Assembly (NCBI GenBank): GCA_963843985.1
Contig: CAWJMS010000033.1
Span: 278,951 to 342,950, forward strand
DNA length: 64,000 bases
Direction of reading: 5' to 3'
From: an uncultured Gammaproteobacteria bacterium
GTDB lineage: Bacteria; Pseudomonadota; Gammaproteobacteria; Steroidobacterales; Steroidobacteraceae
Made by a program: the position numbers and the translations under genes. The notes beneath the pieces are model-generated. The model was not told the DNA's origin. It made no database searches and saw only the letters and a program-made list of their open reading frames with translations. Below, in pieces: positions 54,486-64,000 of this stretch (position 1 is its first letter; every line of letters begins with the position of its first letter).

Positions 54486-55007
54486 TCAGTCGTCGACGTG
54501 CCAGTCCACCGTCACCCTGCGCGCCTCGAGATCGACCGCGACCAGCCGGTCGGGGACCAGCGGCACGAGGCGTTCCCGATCGCCCTTCAGCACCAGCACC
54601 GGGTGTGCCGGCATTTCCATGACCTCGGCGACGCTACCGAGCGGCGCGCCTTCGCGATTGAACGCCGCGAGGCCGACGAGATCATGCCAGTAATACGTCC
54701 CCGCCTCGGGCTCGGGCAACACGGAACGATCGACCCGTACCTCCGCACCCGACAGCATCTGCGCTGCCTCCCGACTCTCGATGCCTTCGAATCGCACGGC
54801 CAGCGCCTGCCCAGCCCGCTTCGACTCCAGCACGGTCATGCGCCGGACCACGTTGCCGAGCGCCACGTCCCACGACGGGTAGCTCGTGATGCCCTCGGGC
54901 GGGTCGGTGTACGAAAACACCTTGACCCAGCCCTGCACCCCGTGCGGCGCGCCAACCTTGCCGAGCACGATCGGCTGCGGCAGCCCGTCACCGGATCGCG
55001 CAGTCAT
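54486..55007 (-). CDS. rimM: ribosome maturation factor RimM
   Basis: Intact 173-aa ORF; LGKVGAPHGVQGWVKVFSYTDPPEGI...YYWHDLVGL...; it sits between rpsP and trmD. Confidence 0.9.
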   Translation of the reverse strand: MTARSGDGLPQPIVLGKVGAPHGVQGWVKVFSYTDPPEGITSYPSWDVALGNVVRRMTVLESKRAGQALAVRFEGIESREAAQMLSGAEVRVDRSVLPEPEAGTYYWHDLVGLAAFNREGAPLGSVAEVMEMPAHPVLVLKGDRERLVPLVPDRLVAVDLEARRVTVDWHVDD

Positions 55008-55025
55008 TGCGCGCCCCGGGCTCGA

Positions 55026-55289
55026 TCAGGCCGCGGCCGCGACCGGATGGGCCTTCTTGTAGCTCTTGACGAGCTGGGCCACTCGCTCGGACGGCTGCGC
55101 GCCGACCGAGACCCAGTAGTCCACCCGCGCGACGTCGAGGCGCAGCTCTTCGCTGCCGCCGCGCGCCACCGGGTTGAAGAAACCCACCTGCTCGAGCGTG
55201 CCGCCACCGCGGCGCCGGCTGTCGGTCACCACCACGTGGTAGAAGGGTTCCTTCTTGCCGCCGCGGCGAGTCAATCGGATCGTCACCAT
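55026..55289 (-). CDS. rpsP: 30S ribosomal protein S16
   Basis: [40 protein letters not shown]... from ATG 55289, in frame with the long ORF 55026..55943. Confidence 0.95.
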   Translation of the reverse strand: MVTIRLTRRGGKKEPFYHVVVTDSRRRGGGTLEQVGFFNPVARGGSEELRLDVARVDYWVSVGAQPSERVAQLVKSYKKAHPVAAAA

Positions 55290-55374
55290 CTTGTGCCAAT
55301 GCCTCAGTAGGGGCCGCGGGCGAACGAGCCGCGCCCGGCCAAAAAAGAGCCGCGAACTATACCCAAATTCGTAG

Positions 55375-55414
55375 GGAAAAGAAATGCTTGTGCCGGGGCT
55401 CAGCGCAGCCCCGG
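55375..55414 (-). terminator. possible intrinsic terminator at the ffh stop codon
   Basis: On the minus strand, CCGGGGCT-gcgctg-AGCCCCGG (55393-55414) includes the TGA stop. It is followed by cacaagcaTTTCTTTTccc. The T-tract is interrupted, so this is tentative. Confidence 0.35.
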
Positions 55415-56761
55415 CGGCATCCGGCCCGACATCGACCGCAGCATGCCCCGAATCCCGCCCTTGCCGGACATGCCCTTCATCATTTTCTGCATCTGCAGGA
55501 AGTTCTTCAGCAGCCGGTTGATCTCGGCCACGTGGGTGCCGGAGCCCGCCGCGATCCGCCGCTTGCGCGAGCCGTCGAGGTTCTTGGGCCAGCGGCGCTC
55601 CTTGGGGGTCATCGAGCAGATGATGGCGATCTGGCGCTTGATTTCCTTCTCGTTTGCCCTGGGGCAGCTGGCCAGCCTTCGCGGCCAGCTGGGCCGGCAG
55701 CTTGTCCATCAGGGCCGCCATGCCCCCCATCTGCTCGAGCTGCCGCAACTGGCCCAGCAGGTCGTCCATGTCGAAGTCCTTGCCCTTGGCCACCTTGCGG
55801 GCCAGCTTCTCGGCCTCGTCGCGGTCCACCTGGCGGGTGACCTGCTCGACCAGCGACAGCACGTCGCCCATGCCGAGGATGCGGGCGGCCATCCGGTCGG
55901 GCTGGAATGCTTCCAGGGCGTCTGGCTTCTCGCCGACGCCCATGAACAGGATCGGCCGTCCCGGTCACGTGGCGGACCGACAGCGCGGCGCCGCCCCGGG
56001 CGTCGCCGTCGGCCTTGGTCAGCACGACGCCCGTCAGGTCGAGCGCCGCGCCGAACGCGCGCGCGGCATTGACGGCATCCTGGCCCGCCATGCTGTCGAC
56101 GACGAACAGCGTCTCGATCGGCTGCACGGCCGCGCTGAGATCGCGAATCTCCTGCATCATCGCGTCGTCGACGTGCAGCCGGCCGGCGGTGTCGACGAGC
56201 AGCACGTCGTAGACGCCGCGCCGCGCCGCGTCCAGCGCGGCGGTCGCGATGTGCACCGGCGCCTGCGCCGGCATCCGCGAAGGCTACGTCGATGCCGAGC
56301 TGCTGGCCGAGCCGCTCGAGCTGCAGCATCGCCGCGGGCCGGTAGACGTCGGTCGAAACGAGCAGCACGCGCTTGCGCTCGCGGTCCTTCAGCCACAGCG
56401 CGATCTTCGCAGCCGTCGTGGTCTTGCCCGCACCCTGCAGGCCGGCGAGCAGGATCACGGCGGGCGGCTGCGTGCGCAGATTGAGCGGACGCACGCCCTC
56501 GCCCATCACGCGCACGAGTTCGTCGTGGATGACCTTGATGAGCGCCTGGCCCGGCGTCAGGCTCTTGTGGACTTCCTGGCCGACGACGCGTGCCTTCACG
56601 CCGTCGATGAAGTCCTTGACCACCGGCAGCGCCACGTCGGCCTCGAGCAGCGCCATCCGCACCTGCCGCAACGTGTCGCCGATGTTCTCTTCGGTGAGGC
56701 GGCCGCGGCCGCGCAGGCCCTCGACGACGGCGGCAAGGCGGGTGGAAAGCTTGTCGAACAC
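55400..56761 (-). CDS. ffh: signal recognition particle protein Ffh (about 3 apparent frameshifts)
   Basis: [27 protein letters not shown]..., G1 motif [23 protein letters not shown] and [13 protein letters not shown]. The Met-rich M domain reads [20 protein letters not shown]. The pieces are collinear over four frames. Confidence 0.93.
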
Positions 56762-56848
56762 GTTGAAACCTCGACCGTCGCGCCGGCATGAATCCGCGCA
56801 GGGTGGCGAATTATAGAGAAAAGCTCGCCTCCTCAGGTCGGCCGCGGC

Positions 56849-57703
56849 ATGGCATCATCCGGATGTCGCCAGGTCACCGCTCGGGCCCCGCACTTGCCGC
56901 TGCCACTGATTGCCGTCGCCTGTTACCTGATCGGAGCCGTGTGGCTCGGGTTGACCGTCTATCGCACCGATTCCCACCAGGGTCGCGGCGGCCGCATCGC
57001 CGCGGTGGCCATCGCCGCGGTCGGCGCCTGTGTCCATGCGATCGCGCTGGCCCAGGAGCGGCGCATCGCGCCGTCGGCCGCGCTGTCGCCGGGCGACACG
57101 GCCGCCATGGTCGGCTTCGTGATCGCAATCATTGCGGTCCTGATGTCGCTGCGCCCGCGCTTTCGCGGCATGGCGGCGTTGCTGCTCGCGATCGCCGCCG
57201 TCCTGGAGGCCGCGTTCTCCGAAGGCGCGCGCCAGTTCTCCGTCGGTCGGCCCGGCTGGGAGCTCGCGTTCCACATCGCGATGGCGACGACCGCGTTCGC
57301 GTTCCTCACGATCGGCATGGCGCTGGCCGTCGCTCAGGTCATCGTCGACCGCCGGCTGCGCAGCCGGCAGCCGCTCGGCTGGCTGAAGATCCTGACGCCG
57401 ATCGAGTCGCTCGAATCCGGCCTGTTCCAGAGCATCCTCGCCGGCTTCGCGATGCTGACGCTGGCGCTGGTGAGCGGCGCGTTCTTCATCGAGAACCTGT
57501 TGGCGCAGCACCTGGTGCACAAGGTCGTGCTGGCGCTGGTCGCGTGGGTCGTGTTCGGCATTCTGCTGCTGGGCCGGCTGCGTTTCGGCTGGCGCGGCCG
57601 CAAGGCGCTGCGCTGGACGCTCGCCGGCTACGTGCTGCTCGGCCTGTCGTATTTCGGCAGCAAGCTCATCCTCGAGGACATCCTCGGCAAGCACTGGGGC
57701 TGA
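56849..57703 (+). CDS. cytochrome c assembly family inner-membrane protein (CcsA-like / YpjD)
   Basis: Intact 284-aa polytopic ORF divergent from ffh, as ypjD is in enterobacteria. The C-terminal region is Trp/Gly-rich (GRLRFGWRGRKALRWTLAGYVLLGLSYFGSK). Confidence 0.7.
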   Translation: MASSGCRQVTARAPHLPLPLIAVACYLIGAVWLGLTVYRTDSHQGRGGRIAAVAIAAVGACVHAIALAQERRIAPSAALSPGDTAAMVGFVIAIIAVLMSLRPRFRGMAALLLAIAAVLEAAFSEGARQFSVGRPGWELAFHIAMATTAFAFLTIGMALAVAQVIVDRRLRSRQPLGWLKILTPIESLESGLFQSILAGFAMLTLALVSGAFFIENLLAQHLVHKVVLALVAWVVFGILLLGRLRFGWRGRKALRWTLAGYVLLGLSYFGSKLILEDILGKHWG

Positions 57704-57708
57704 GTCGC

Positions 57709-58984
57709 GTGCTCGACCTGTCCGTCAGCGCACTGCTGGGCATCCTGGTCCTCTGCGTCGCGCTGTCCGCGTTCTTCTCGAGCACCGAGACGGCGTTGAT
57801 GAGCATCAACCGCTACCGGCTGCGCCACCGCGCGCGTGAAGGCAGCACCAGCGCGCGCGCCGCCGAGAAGCTGCTCGAGCGCCCCGACCAGCTGATCGGC
57901 ATGATCCTGATCTGCAACAACTTCGTGAACTCGGCCGCAGCCGCGCTGGTCACGGTGATCGCGCTGCACGTCGGCGGCGAAGGCACCGCCGCCATCGGCG
58001 TCGGCGTGTTCACGGTCGTGCTGATCATCTTCGGCGAGGTGGCCCCGAAGACCTTCGGCGCCCTGTACCCGGAGCGGCTCGCGCTGCCGTCGGCGCTCGT
58101 CTACCAGGTGCTGCTGAAGATCCTCTACCCGATCGTCTGGGCCACGAACCTCATCGCGAACGGCGTGCTGCGCCTGCTCGGCGTCTCGCAGGAGAAGGTG
58201 AACCGCACGTCGCTCAGCTCCGACGAGCTGCGCACGGTGCTCGCCGAGGCCAGCACCGTCATCCCCCACCGCCACCAGCGCATGCTGATGAGCATCCTCG
58301 ACCTCGAGAAGGTCAACGTCGAGGACATCATGGTGCCCCGCTCGGAGATCTCCGGCATCGACGTCTCCGACGAATGGGACGACGTGCTCGAGGCGGTGCA
58401 GCAGAGCCGGCACACGCGCATCCCGTGCTTCGAGGGCAACCTCGAGAACCTGATCGGCATCCTGCACATGAAGAAGGTGGCGCGCCTGCTGGCGCGCGAC
58501 GAGCTCGATCGCGAGCGGCTGGTCGCGCTCGCGAAGGAGCGCGAGCCCTACTACGTGCCCGAAGGCACGTCGCTCAACACGCAGCTGCTGCAATTCCAGC
58601 GGCAGCGCCGGCGCGTCGCGTTCGTGGTCGACGAGTACGGCGACGTGCAGGGCCTCGTCACGCTCGAGGACCTGCTGGAGGAGATCGTGGGCGAATTCAC
58701 CTCCGATCCCGTCGTCGCTGCACAAGGACGTCCACAAGGAGAAGGGCGACAGCTACGTCGTAAGCGCAGCCGCGAGCGTGCGGACGCTGAACCGCAAGAT
58801 GGGCTGGTCGCTGCCGACGACCGGCCCGCGCACGTTGAACGGACTGATCATCGAGTACCTCGAGACGATCCCGGAGCCCGGCACGGCCCTGCGCATCAAC
58901 GACTACTCGCTCGAGATCCTGCAGACGAGCGACAACGCCGTGAAGACGGTGCGCCTGAAGTCGATCCCGAAATCGCCAGCCTAG
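57709..58984 (+). CDS. HlyC/CorC family transporter (CNNM/DUF21 TM domain, CBS pair, CorC_HlyC), one apparent frameshift near 58700
   Basis: The GTG start lies 6 nt after the previous stop. Segments are FFSSTETALMSINRYRLRH, FGEVAPKT, a CBS region (VEDIMVPRSEISGIDV...RIPCFEGNLENLIGILHMKKV) and VVDEYGDVQGLVTLEDLLEEIVGEF. The C-terminal part lies in the frame of ORF 58778..58984. Confidence 0.85.
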
Positions 58985-58993
58985 CGGCGGCGG

Positions 58994-60347
58994 TCAGAAC
59001 GCGTACTGCAGCGCGTCCTGCAAGCGGCTCACGCCGTGCACTTCGAGACCCTCGATCGCCCTGCGCGGCGCGTTGCCTTCCGGCACCAGCGCGCGCCGGA
59101 AACCCTGCTTCGCCGCCTCACGCAGGCGCTCCTCGCCGAACGGCACCGGCCGGATCTCGCCCGTGAGTCCGAGTTCACCGAAGACGACCGTCTCGTGGTC
59201 GAGCGGGCGGTCGCGCAGGCTCGACAAGGTCGCGAGGACGGCCGGCAGGTCCGCCGAGGTCTCGGCAATCCGCACCCCGCCGACGACGTTGACGAACACG
59301 TCGCTGCCCGAGGTCGACACGCCGCCGTGCCGGTGCAGCACGGCCAGCAGCAGCGCGAGACGGCTGGCCTCGAAGCCGACCGCGACGCGGCGCGGGATTC
59401 ATGCCCTGCGCCTCGTCCACCAGCGCCTGCAGTTCGACCAGCAGCGGGCGGCTCCCTTCGCGGACCACGGTCACGACGGTGCCCGCGACCGGCTGCGGAT
59501 GGCGCGTGAGGAAGATCGCCGAGGGATTGCGCACTTCGCGCAGCCCCTGCTCCGCCATCGCGAACACGCCGATTTCGTTCGCGGCGCCGAAGCGATTCTT
59601 GACCGCGCGGATCACGCGGTACCGGCTGCCCGGATCGCTCTCGAAGTAGAGGACCGTGTCGACCATGTGCTCGAGGATCCGCGGGCCGGCGATCAGGCCT
59701 TCCTTGGTGACGTGGCCGATCAGCAGCACCGCCACCCCGCTCGCCTTGGCGAATCGAACGAGCTGGGCGGCCGACTCGCGGACCTGCACCGCCGACCCCG
59801 CCGACGACTCGCTGAGCTCGGTCTGCATCGTCTGGATCGAGTCGATGACCAGCACCTGGGCGCGCGACGCCGCGGCCTCGTCGAGGATGCCTTCGACGCG
59901 GGTTTCCGCGGCGAGGCGCAACGTGGTCGCCTCGAGGCCGAGGCGCTTCGCGCGCAAGGCCACCTGCCGCACCGACTCCTCGCCGGACACGTAGAGCACC
60001 GGCCTGTCGCGGCTGAGCGCGTCGGCGGCCTGCAACAGCAGCGTCGACTTGCCGATACCGGGATCGCCGCCGAGCAGCACCACCGATCCGGCCACCAGCC
60101 CGCCGCCGAGCACGCGGTCGAATTCGCCGATGCCGGTCAGGGCGCGCACGTCCGTCTCCTGCGTGACCTGCGTCACGGTTTTGCTGGACGGCCCGCTCGC
60201 CGCCGCCCGCCGGGTCGCGACCGAGCCCGAGACTGCGACCGCGAGTTCGAGCGTGTTCCATGCCTGGCACGCCGGACACTGGCCCTGCCATTGTGGCGTG
60301 TGAGCGCCGCAGGAACCGCAAACGTAGCTGGTCTTGGGCCGGGCCAT
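58994..60347 (-). CDS. radA: DNA repair protein RadA/Sms (one apparent frameshift near 59400)
   Basis: Zinc finger YVCGSCGAHTPQWQGQCPAC, Walker A GDPGIGKST and KNRFGAANEIGVF. The Lon-like C-terminal domain (DVFVNVVGGVRI...GELGLTGEIRPV) is in the second frame. Confidence 0.93.
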
Positions 60348-60471
60348 CTAGGCCCTCCTCGTGCGGGGAAACCGGGAGTGCGCCGATGCTAGCACGTGCG
60401 CGTTATGACACCCGGACTGTGACGGAGGCTACACAGGCGACCTGCCGCTCGCCCTATACTTCGGCGCACAC

Positions 60472-61386
60472 ATGCGTCTGAACGCCGACAACACCGTCAT
60501 GCTGGACACGTCCGGGGCCCGCGAGCCCAGGCCGGTGCGCACGAACGTGCCCGTGCCCCCGAAGCTCGGCCGCTACCAGCTCCTCGGCGAGATCGGCAAG
60601 GGCGCGATGGGCGTCGTCTACCGCGGGCGCGACCCGATGATCAATCGCGAGGTGGCGCTGAAGGCCATTCCGCTGGCCGAGGAGTTCGAAGCGGACGAAC
60701 TCGAGGACGCGCGCACGAAGTTCTTCCGCGAAGCGGAGATGGCCGGGCGACTCTCGCACCCGCACATCGTGACGATCTACGATGCCGGCGAGGACGGCGG
60801 CACGGCGTACATCGCGATGGAACTGCTGCGCGGCACGCATCTCGTCGAATACACGCAGGAGGCCAGGCTGCTGCCGCCGGCGATTGCGATCGAACTGATG
60901 GCGCGGCTCGCCGACGCGCTGCATTACGCGCACCAGAACCAGGTCGTGCACCGCGACATCAAGCCGGCCAACGTGATGTTCGACCCGCCGAGCGGCGAGC
61001 TGAAGATCACCGACTTCGGCATCGCGCGGCTGACCGACTCCAATCGCACGCGCACCGGTGTCGTGCTCGGCACGCCGTCGTTCATGTCGCCGGAGCAGCT
61101 GCAGGGCCGGGTGGTCACTGGAAGCTCCGATCTGTTTTCGCTGGGCGTCACGCTGTACCAGCTGCTGACGGCGCAGTTGCCATTCCGGGCCGACTCGATG
61201 CCGGGACTGATGCTGAAGATCGCGCAGGAGCCGCACGCGCGCGCCCGTCTGGTCAACCCGGCGCTGCCGGAGTCAATCGACGAGTTCTTCGACCGCGCTC
61301 TTGCCAAGCTCCCCGCCGACCGGTTCCCGAACGGCGCCGCCTTCGCGCTTGCGCTCCGCAGCATCAACTCACCCGCGAGAACCTGA
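60472..61386 (+). CDS. Hanks-type serine/threonine protein kinase (kinase domain only)
   Basis: Intact 304-aa ORF with GEIGKGAMGVVY, VALKAI, catalytic loop HRDIKPANVMF, DFG and GTPSFMSPE. No TM or sensor domain follows. Confidence 0.85.
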   Translation: MRLNADNTVMLDTSGAREPRPVRTNVPVPPKLGRYQLLGEIGKGAMGVVYRGRDPMINREVALKAIPLAEEFEADELEDARTKFFREAEMAGRLSHPHIVTIYDAGEDGGTAYIAMELLRGTHLVEYTQEARLLPPAIAIELMARLADALHYAHQNQVVHRDIKPANVMFDPPSGELKITDFGIARLTDSNRTRTGVVLGTPSFMSPEQLQGRVVTGSSDLFSLGVTLYQLLTAQLPFRADSMPGLMLKIAQEPHARARLVNPALPESIDEFFDRALAKLPADRFPNGAAFALALRSINSPART

Positions 61387-61393
61387 GACAGGC

Positions 61394-62220
61394 ATGCGCC
61401 ACAAAGGCAAGTTCCGCTGCGTTGGCGTTACCGACACCGGCCGGGTGCGCGAGCACAACGAGGACACGTTCGGCACGGACGCGGACATCGGCCTCGTGGT
61501 GCTCGCCGACGGCATGGGCGGCTACAAGGCGGGCGAAGTGGCGAGCGGCATCACGGTGCGCACGGTGATGGGGCTCGTCAAGGAAGCGGTCGACCGCGAG
61601 GACCTCAGCCACCGCGACGAGGAAAGCGGCCTCGGCCGGCCCGGCATCCTGCTGCGCGACGCAATCCAGCGCGCCAACAAGATCATCCACCAGACGGCGA
61701 AGACGCAGGCGAACTGCGAGGGCATGGGCACCACGGTGGTGGCCGGGCTGTTCTTCGACGACAAGACTCACGATCGCCCACGTCGGCGATTCACGGCTGT
61801 ACCGGATGCGCGACGGCCAGCTGCAGCAGGTGACCCAGGACCACTCGCTGCTGCAGGAACTGGTCTCCCGCGGGTTCTACACGCCCGAAGAGGCCGCGCG
61901 CGCCTCCGCCAAGAACTACGTCACCCGCGCCCTCGGCGTCGAACCCGACGGTCGAAGTCGAGATCACCGAGGCCGAGGTGCTGAAGGACGACGTCTACCT
62001 GCTGTGCTCGGACGGGCTGTCCGACATGGTCGAGGACGACGATATTCAGTTAACTATCAGTACCTTTGGTGCTAACCTTGAGACGCTTGCTAAGCAGTTG
62101 GTGCTGCTCAGCAACGACAATGGGGGCCGGGACAACATCTCGATCGTGCTGGTGCGGGTACTGGAAAGCTTCCCCGCCCAGCGCCGGGTGATCGACCGTC
62201 TGCTCGGAATGTTCGCTTAA
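61394..62220 (+). CDS. PP2C-family serine/threonine phosphatase (2 apparent frameshifts)
   Basis: GVTDTGRVREHNEDTF, LADGMGGYKAGEVAS, GMGTTVV, (I)AHVGDSRLY, LCSDGLSDMV and GGRDNISIVLV. The pieces lie over ORFs 61301..61984, 61806..62075 and 61978..62220. Confidence 0.85.
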
Positions 62221-62235
62221 GGGAGCGCGTAACGC

Positions 62236-62950
62236 ATGGCCAGGCTAGTTCTCAGCCTCGACGGGCAAGTGCTCGCCGAATACAACATGAGCAAGGAGCG
62301 CTACACGGTCGGACGTCTTCCGGACAACGACATCCGGATCGACAACCCGGCGGTCAGCGGCCACCACGCGCTGGTGATCAACATCCTCAACGACTCGTTC
62401 CTGGAGGATCTGAACAGCACGAACGGCACGTACGTCAACGGCAAGATCATCAAGAAGCACGCGCTGCAGGACGACGACGTCATCACCGTCGGCCACCACA
62501 CGCTGCGCTTCGTCGACAGCGACGGCGACGAGCCGGCCGACGAGTTCGAGAAGACGATGGTGATCAGCTCGCGCGAAGCCGCACGCATGAACGTGCCGAA
62601 TCCGCCACCGCCTGCCGCCGGCCCCGGCCGCGCCGTCGGCCGTCGGCTCGACGCAGGGGGCGTTCGCGAACGGCGCACTGCCGAAGGCCAAGCTGCAGGT
62701 GCTCTCGGGGCAGTTCGCGGGTCGCGAGCTCGAGCTGGTCAAGACGCTCACGACGCTCGGCCGTCCGGGCGTGCAGGTGGCCGCGATCACCCGCCGCGCC
62801 GACGGCTACTACATCGTGCACGTCGAAAGCGGCACGGAAGGCGACTTCCCGCTGGTCAACGGTGCGCCGATCGGGCCTCAGGCGCGACGCCTGCACGACA
62901 ACGACGTCGTGCAGCTCGCCGGCGTGAAGATGGGATTCTTCATGAACTAG
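62236..62950 (+). CDS. FHA-domain protein with a second C-terminal FHA-like domain (one apparent frameshift ~62600-62690)
   Basis: Hand translation from ATG 62236 gives MARLVLSLDGQVLAEYNMSKERYTVGRLPDNDIRIDNPAVSGHHALV...DLNSTNGTYVNGKII...DVITVGHHTLRF, a canonical FHA. After a Pro-rich linker comes a second module, LSGQFAGRELELVKTLTTLGRPGVQVAAI...VVQLAGVKMGFF (ORF 62699..62950). The first frame is missing from the ORF track because it stays open to the window end. Confidence 0.75.
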
Positions 62951-64000
62951 CGGAATTCGCTGGCCACGCGCTGGCTCACTCCGCAGATCAGTTCGTAGGC
63001 GATGGTGCCGGCGTACCGGGCGACTTCCTCGGCCGGCACGCCTTGCCCCCAGAGCACGACCGGATCGCCGACCGACACAACCGGCAGGTCGGTCACGTCC
63101 ACCGTGATCATGTCCATCGACACGCGGCCGACCAGCGGCGCGCAACGCCCGTTGACCTGCACCGGGGCTCCGGACGCAGTGCTGCGCGGATAGCCGTCGC
63201 CGTAGCCGGCCGCCACGACGGCGATGCGCGTGTCGCGCAGCGCCCGCCAGGCGCCGCCATACCCGACGGTCTCGCCCGTCCTCACGGGCTTCACCGCGAT
63301 CACCTCGGTCTGCAGGCTCATCGCGGGCCGCAACCCGAGTTCCTGGCCGGTGCCGCTCGGGAACGGCGAGAGGCCGTACAGCATCAGGCCCGGGCGCACC
63401 CAGTCCCCGCGGGTCGCGGGCCACGCGAGCAGGCCCGCGGAATTCGCGATGCTGCGCGCCCCGGCCAGGCCCTGCGTCACCGCGTCGAACCGCTCGACCT
63501 GCTGCGCCGTCCTGGCATCGTCGCGATCGTCGGCGTTCGCCAGGTGCGTGACCAGGGCCGGCGGCGAAGCGATCCGCGGATTGCGCGCGAGCCGCGCGTG
63601 AGCCGCCGCGAAATCCTCCACCCGGAAGCCGAGCCGGTTCATGCCGGTGTCGACCTTGATCCAGGCGCGAATGGGCTCGCTGCCGGCGAATCCGTCGAGG
63701 AGGTCCAGCTGTTGCTCGCTGTGCACCATCAGCTCGAAATGCTGCTGGGCCGCAAGCGCCAGCTGCTCGGCGCTGAACACGCCTTCGAGCAGCAGCACGC
63801 GATTCGCCAGACCGGCCGTCCTGAGCGCAAGGCCTTCGTCGAGCCGCGCGACCGCGAAGCCGTCGGCCTCGGCGAGCGCCTTCGCCGACTGCAGTACCCC
63901 GTGGCCGTAGGCGTTCGCCTTGATGACCGCCATGACGCGCGCGCCGGCGGCACGCGTGCGTGCCACGCGCGAGGTTGTGGCGCAACGCCGCAGTATCGAT
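62947..64000 (-). CDS. alr: alanine racemase (5' end beyond the window; one apparent frameshift near 63968)
   Basis: PLP-lysine motif VMAVIKANAYGHG, then ...DTGMNRLGF..., ...SIANSAG..., and ...VGYGGAW...GYGDGYPR...SMDMITVD. The extreme end of the window encodes IDTAALRHNLA in another frame, which is the usual alr N-terminus. Confidence 0.9.
   Translation of the reverse strand, partial: SILRRCATTSRVARTRAAGARVMAVIKANAYGHGVLQSAKALAEADGFAVARLDEGLALRTAGLANRVLLLEGVFSAEQLALAAQQHFELMVHSEQQLDLLDGFAGSEPIRAWIKVDTGMNRLGFRVEDFAAAHARLARNPRIASPPALVTHLANADDRDDARTAQQVERFDAVTQGLAGARSIANSAGLLAWPATRGDWVRPGLMLYGLSPFPSGTGQELGLRPAMSLQTEVIAVKPVRTGETVGYGGAWRALRDTRIAVVAAGYGDGYPRSTASGAPVQVNGRCAPLVGRVSMDMITVDVTDLPVVSVGDPVVLWGQGVPAEEVARYAGTIAYELICGVSQRVASEFR

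Noticed and set aside
60472-62950. The kinase/PP2C/FHA triad as part of a type VI secretion system.
   Set aside because: No T6SS genes (tssA-M, hcp, vgrG, clpV) occur anywhere in the window. The association is left open rather than asserted.

Overview
GC-rich (about two-thirds G+C by eye) proteobacterial chromosome segment. The gene order matches gammaproteobacterial housekeeping blocks: trxB / ftsK-lolA-rarA-serS-tRNA-Ser, aat-infA / clpA-clpS, kbl-tdh, rpsP-rimM-trmD-rplS, ffh/ypjD-corC, radA and alr. A gspCDEF type II secretion block is also present. The first ~25 kb is accessory. It holds (i) a TPR-2OG-oxygenase / mini zinc-ribbon / bicupin group. (ii) An ABC exporter sits divergent from a tightly packed ATP-grasp / TonB-receptor / TctC-TctA-TctB-like operon. 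(iii) A ~1450-aa secreted fusion combines a galactose-oxidase-like copper-radical oxidase, He_PIG/PKD, a YVTN propeller, a di-haem cytochrome c peroxidase and PA14, followed by a SCO1/SenC copper chaperone. (iv) An Ig-repeat DUF4038/GH140-like protein is bracketed by decayed copies of the 3' half of tRNA-Ser, which looks like tandem remnants of integrative elements at tRNA-Ser(UGA). Other points are a REP-type palindromic repeat family with one MITE-like element, a Hanks kinase / PP2C / dual-FHA module, and two paralogous CxxC...CxxC mini-proteins. Major caveat: roughly 50-60 single-base reading-frame breaks interrupt otherwise collinear, clearly homologous genes, including essential ones (ftsK, ffh, infA, trmD, trxB). 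Several of the inspected breaks sit in short C/G runs, so I read them as assembly indel errors rather than real pseudogenes. Coordinates for such genes are envelope coordinates. No CRISPR array, rRNA, integrase, transposase or recognisable defence system was seen. All family calls come from motif recognition and recall; no searches were run.
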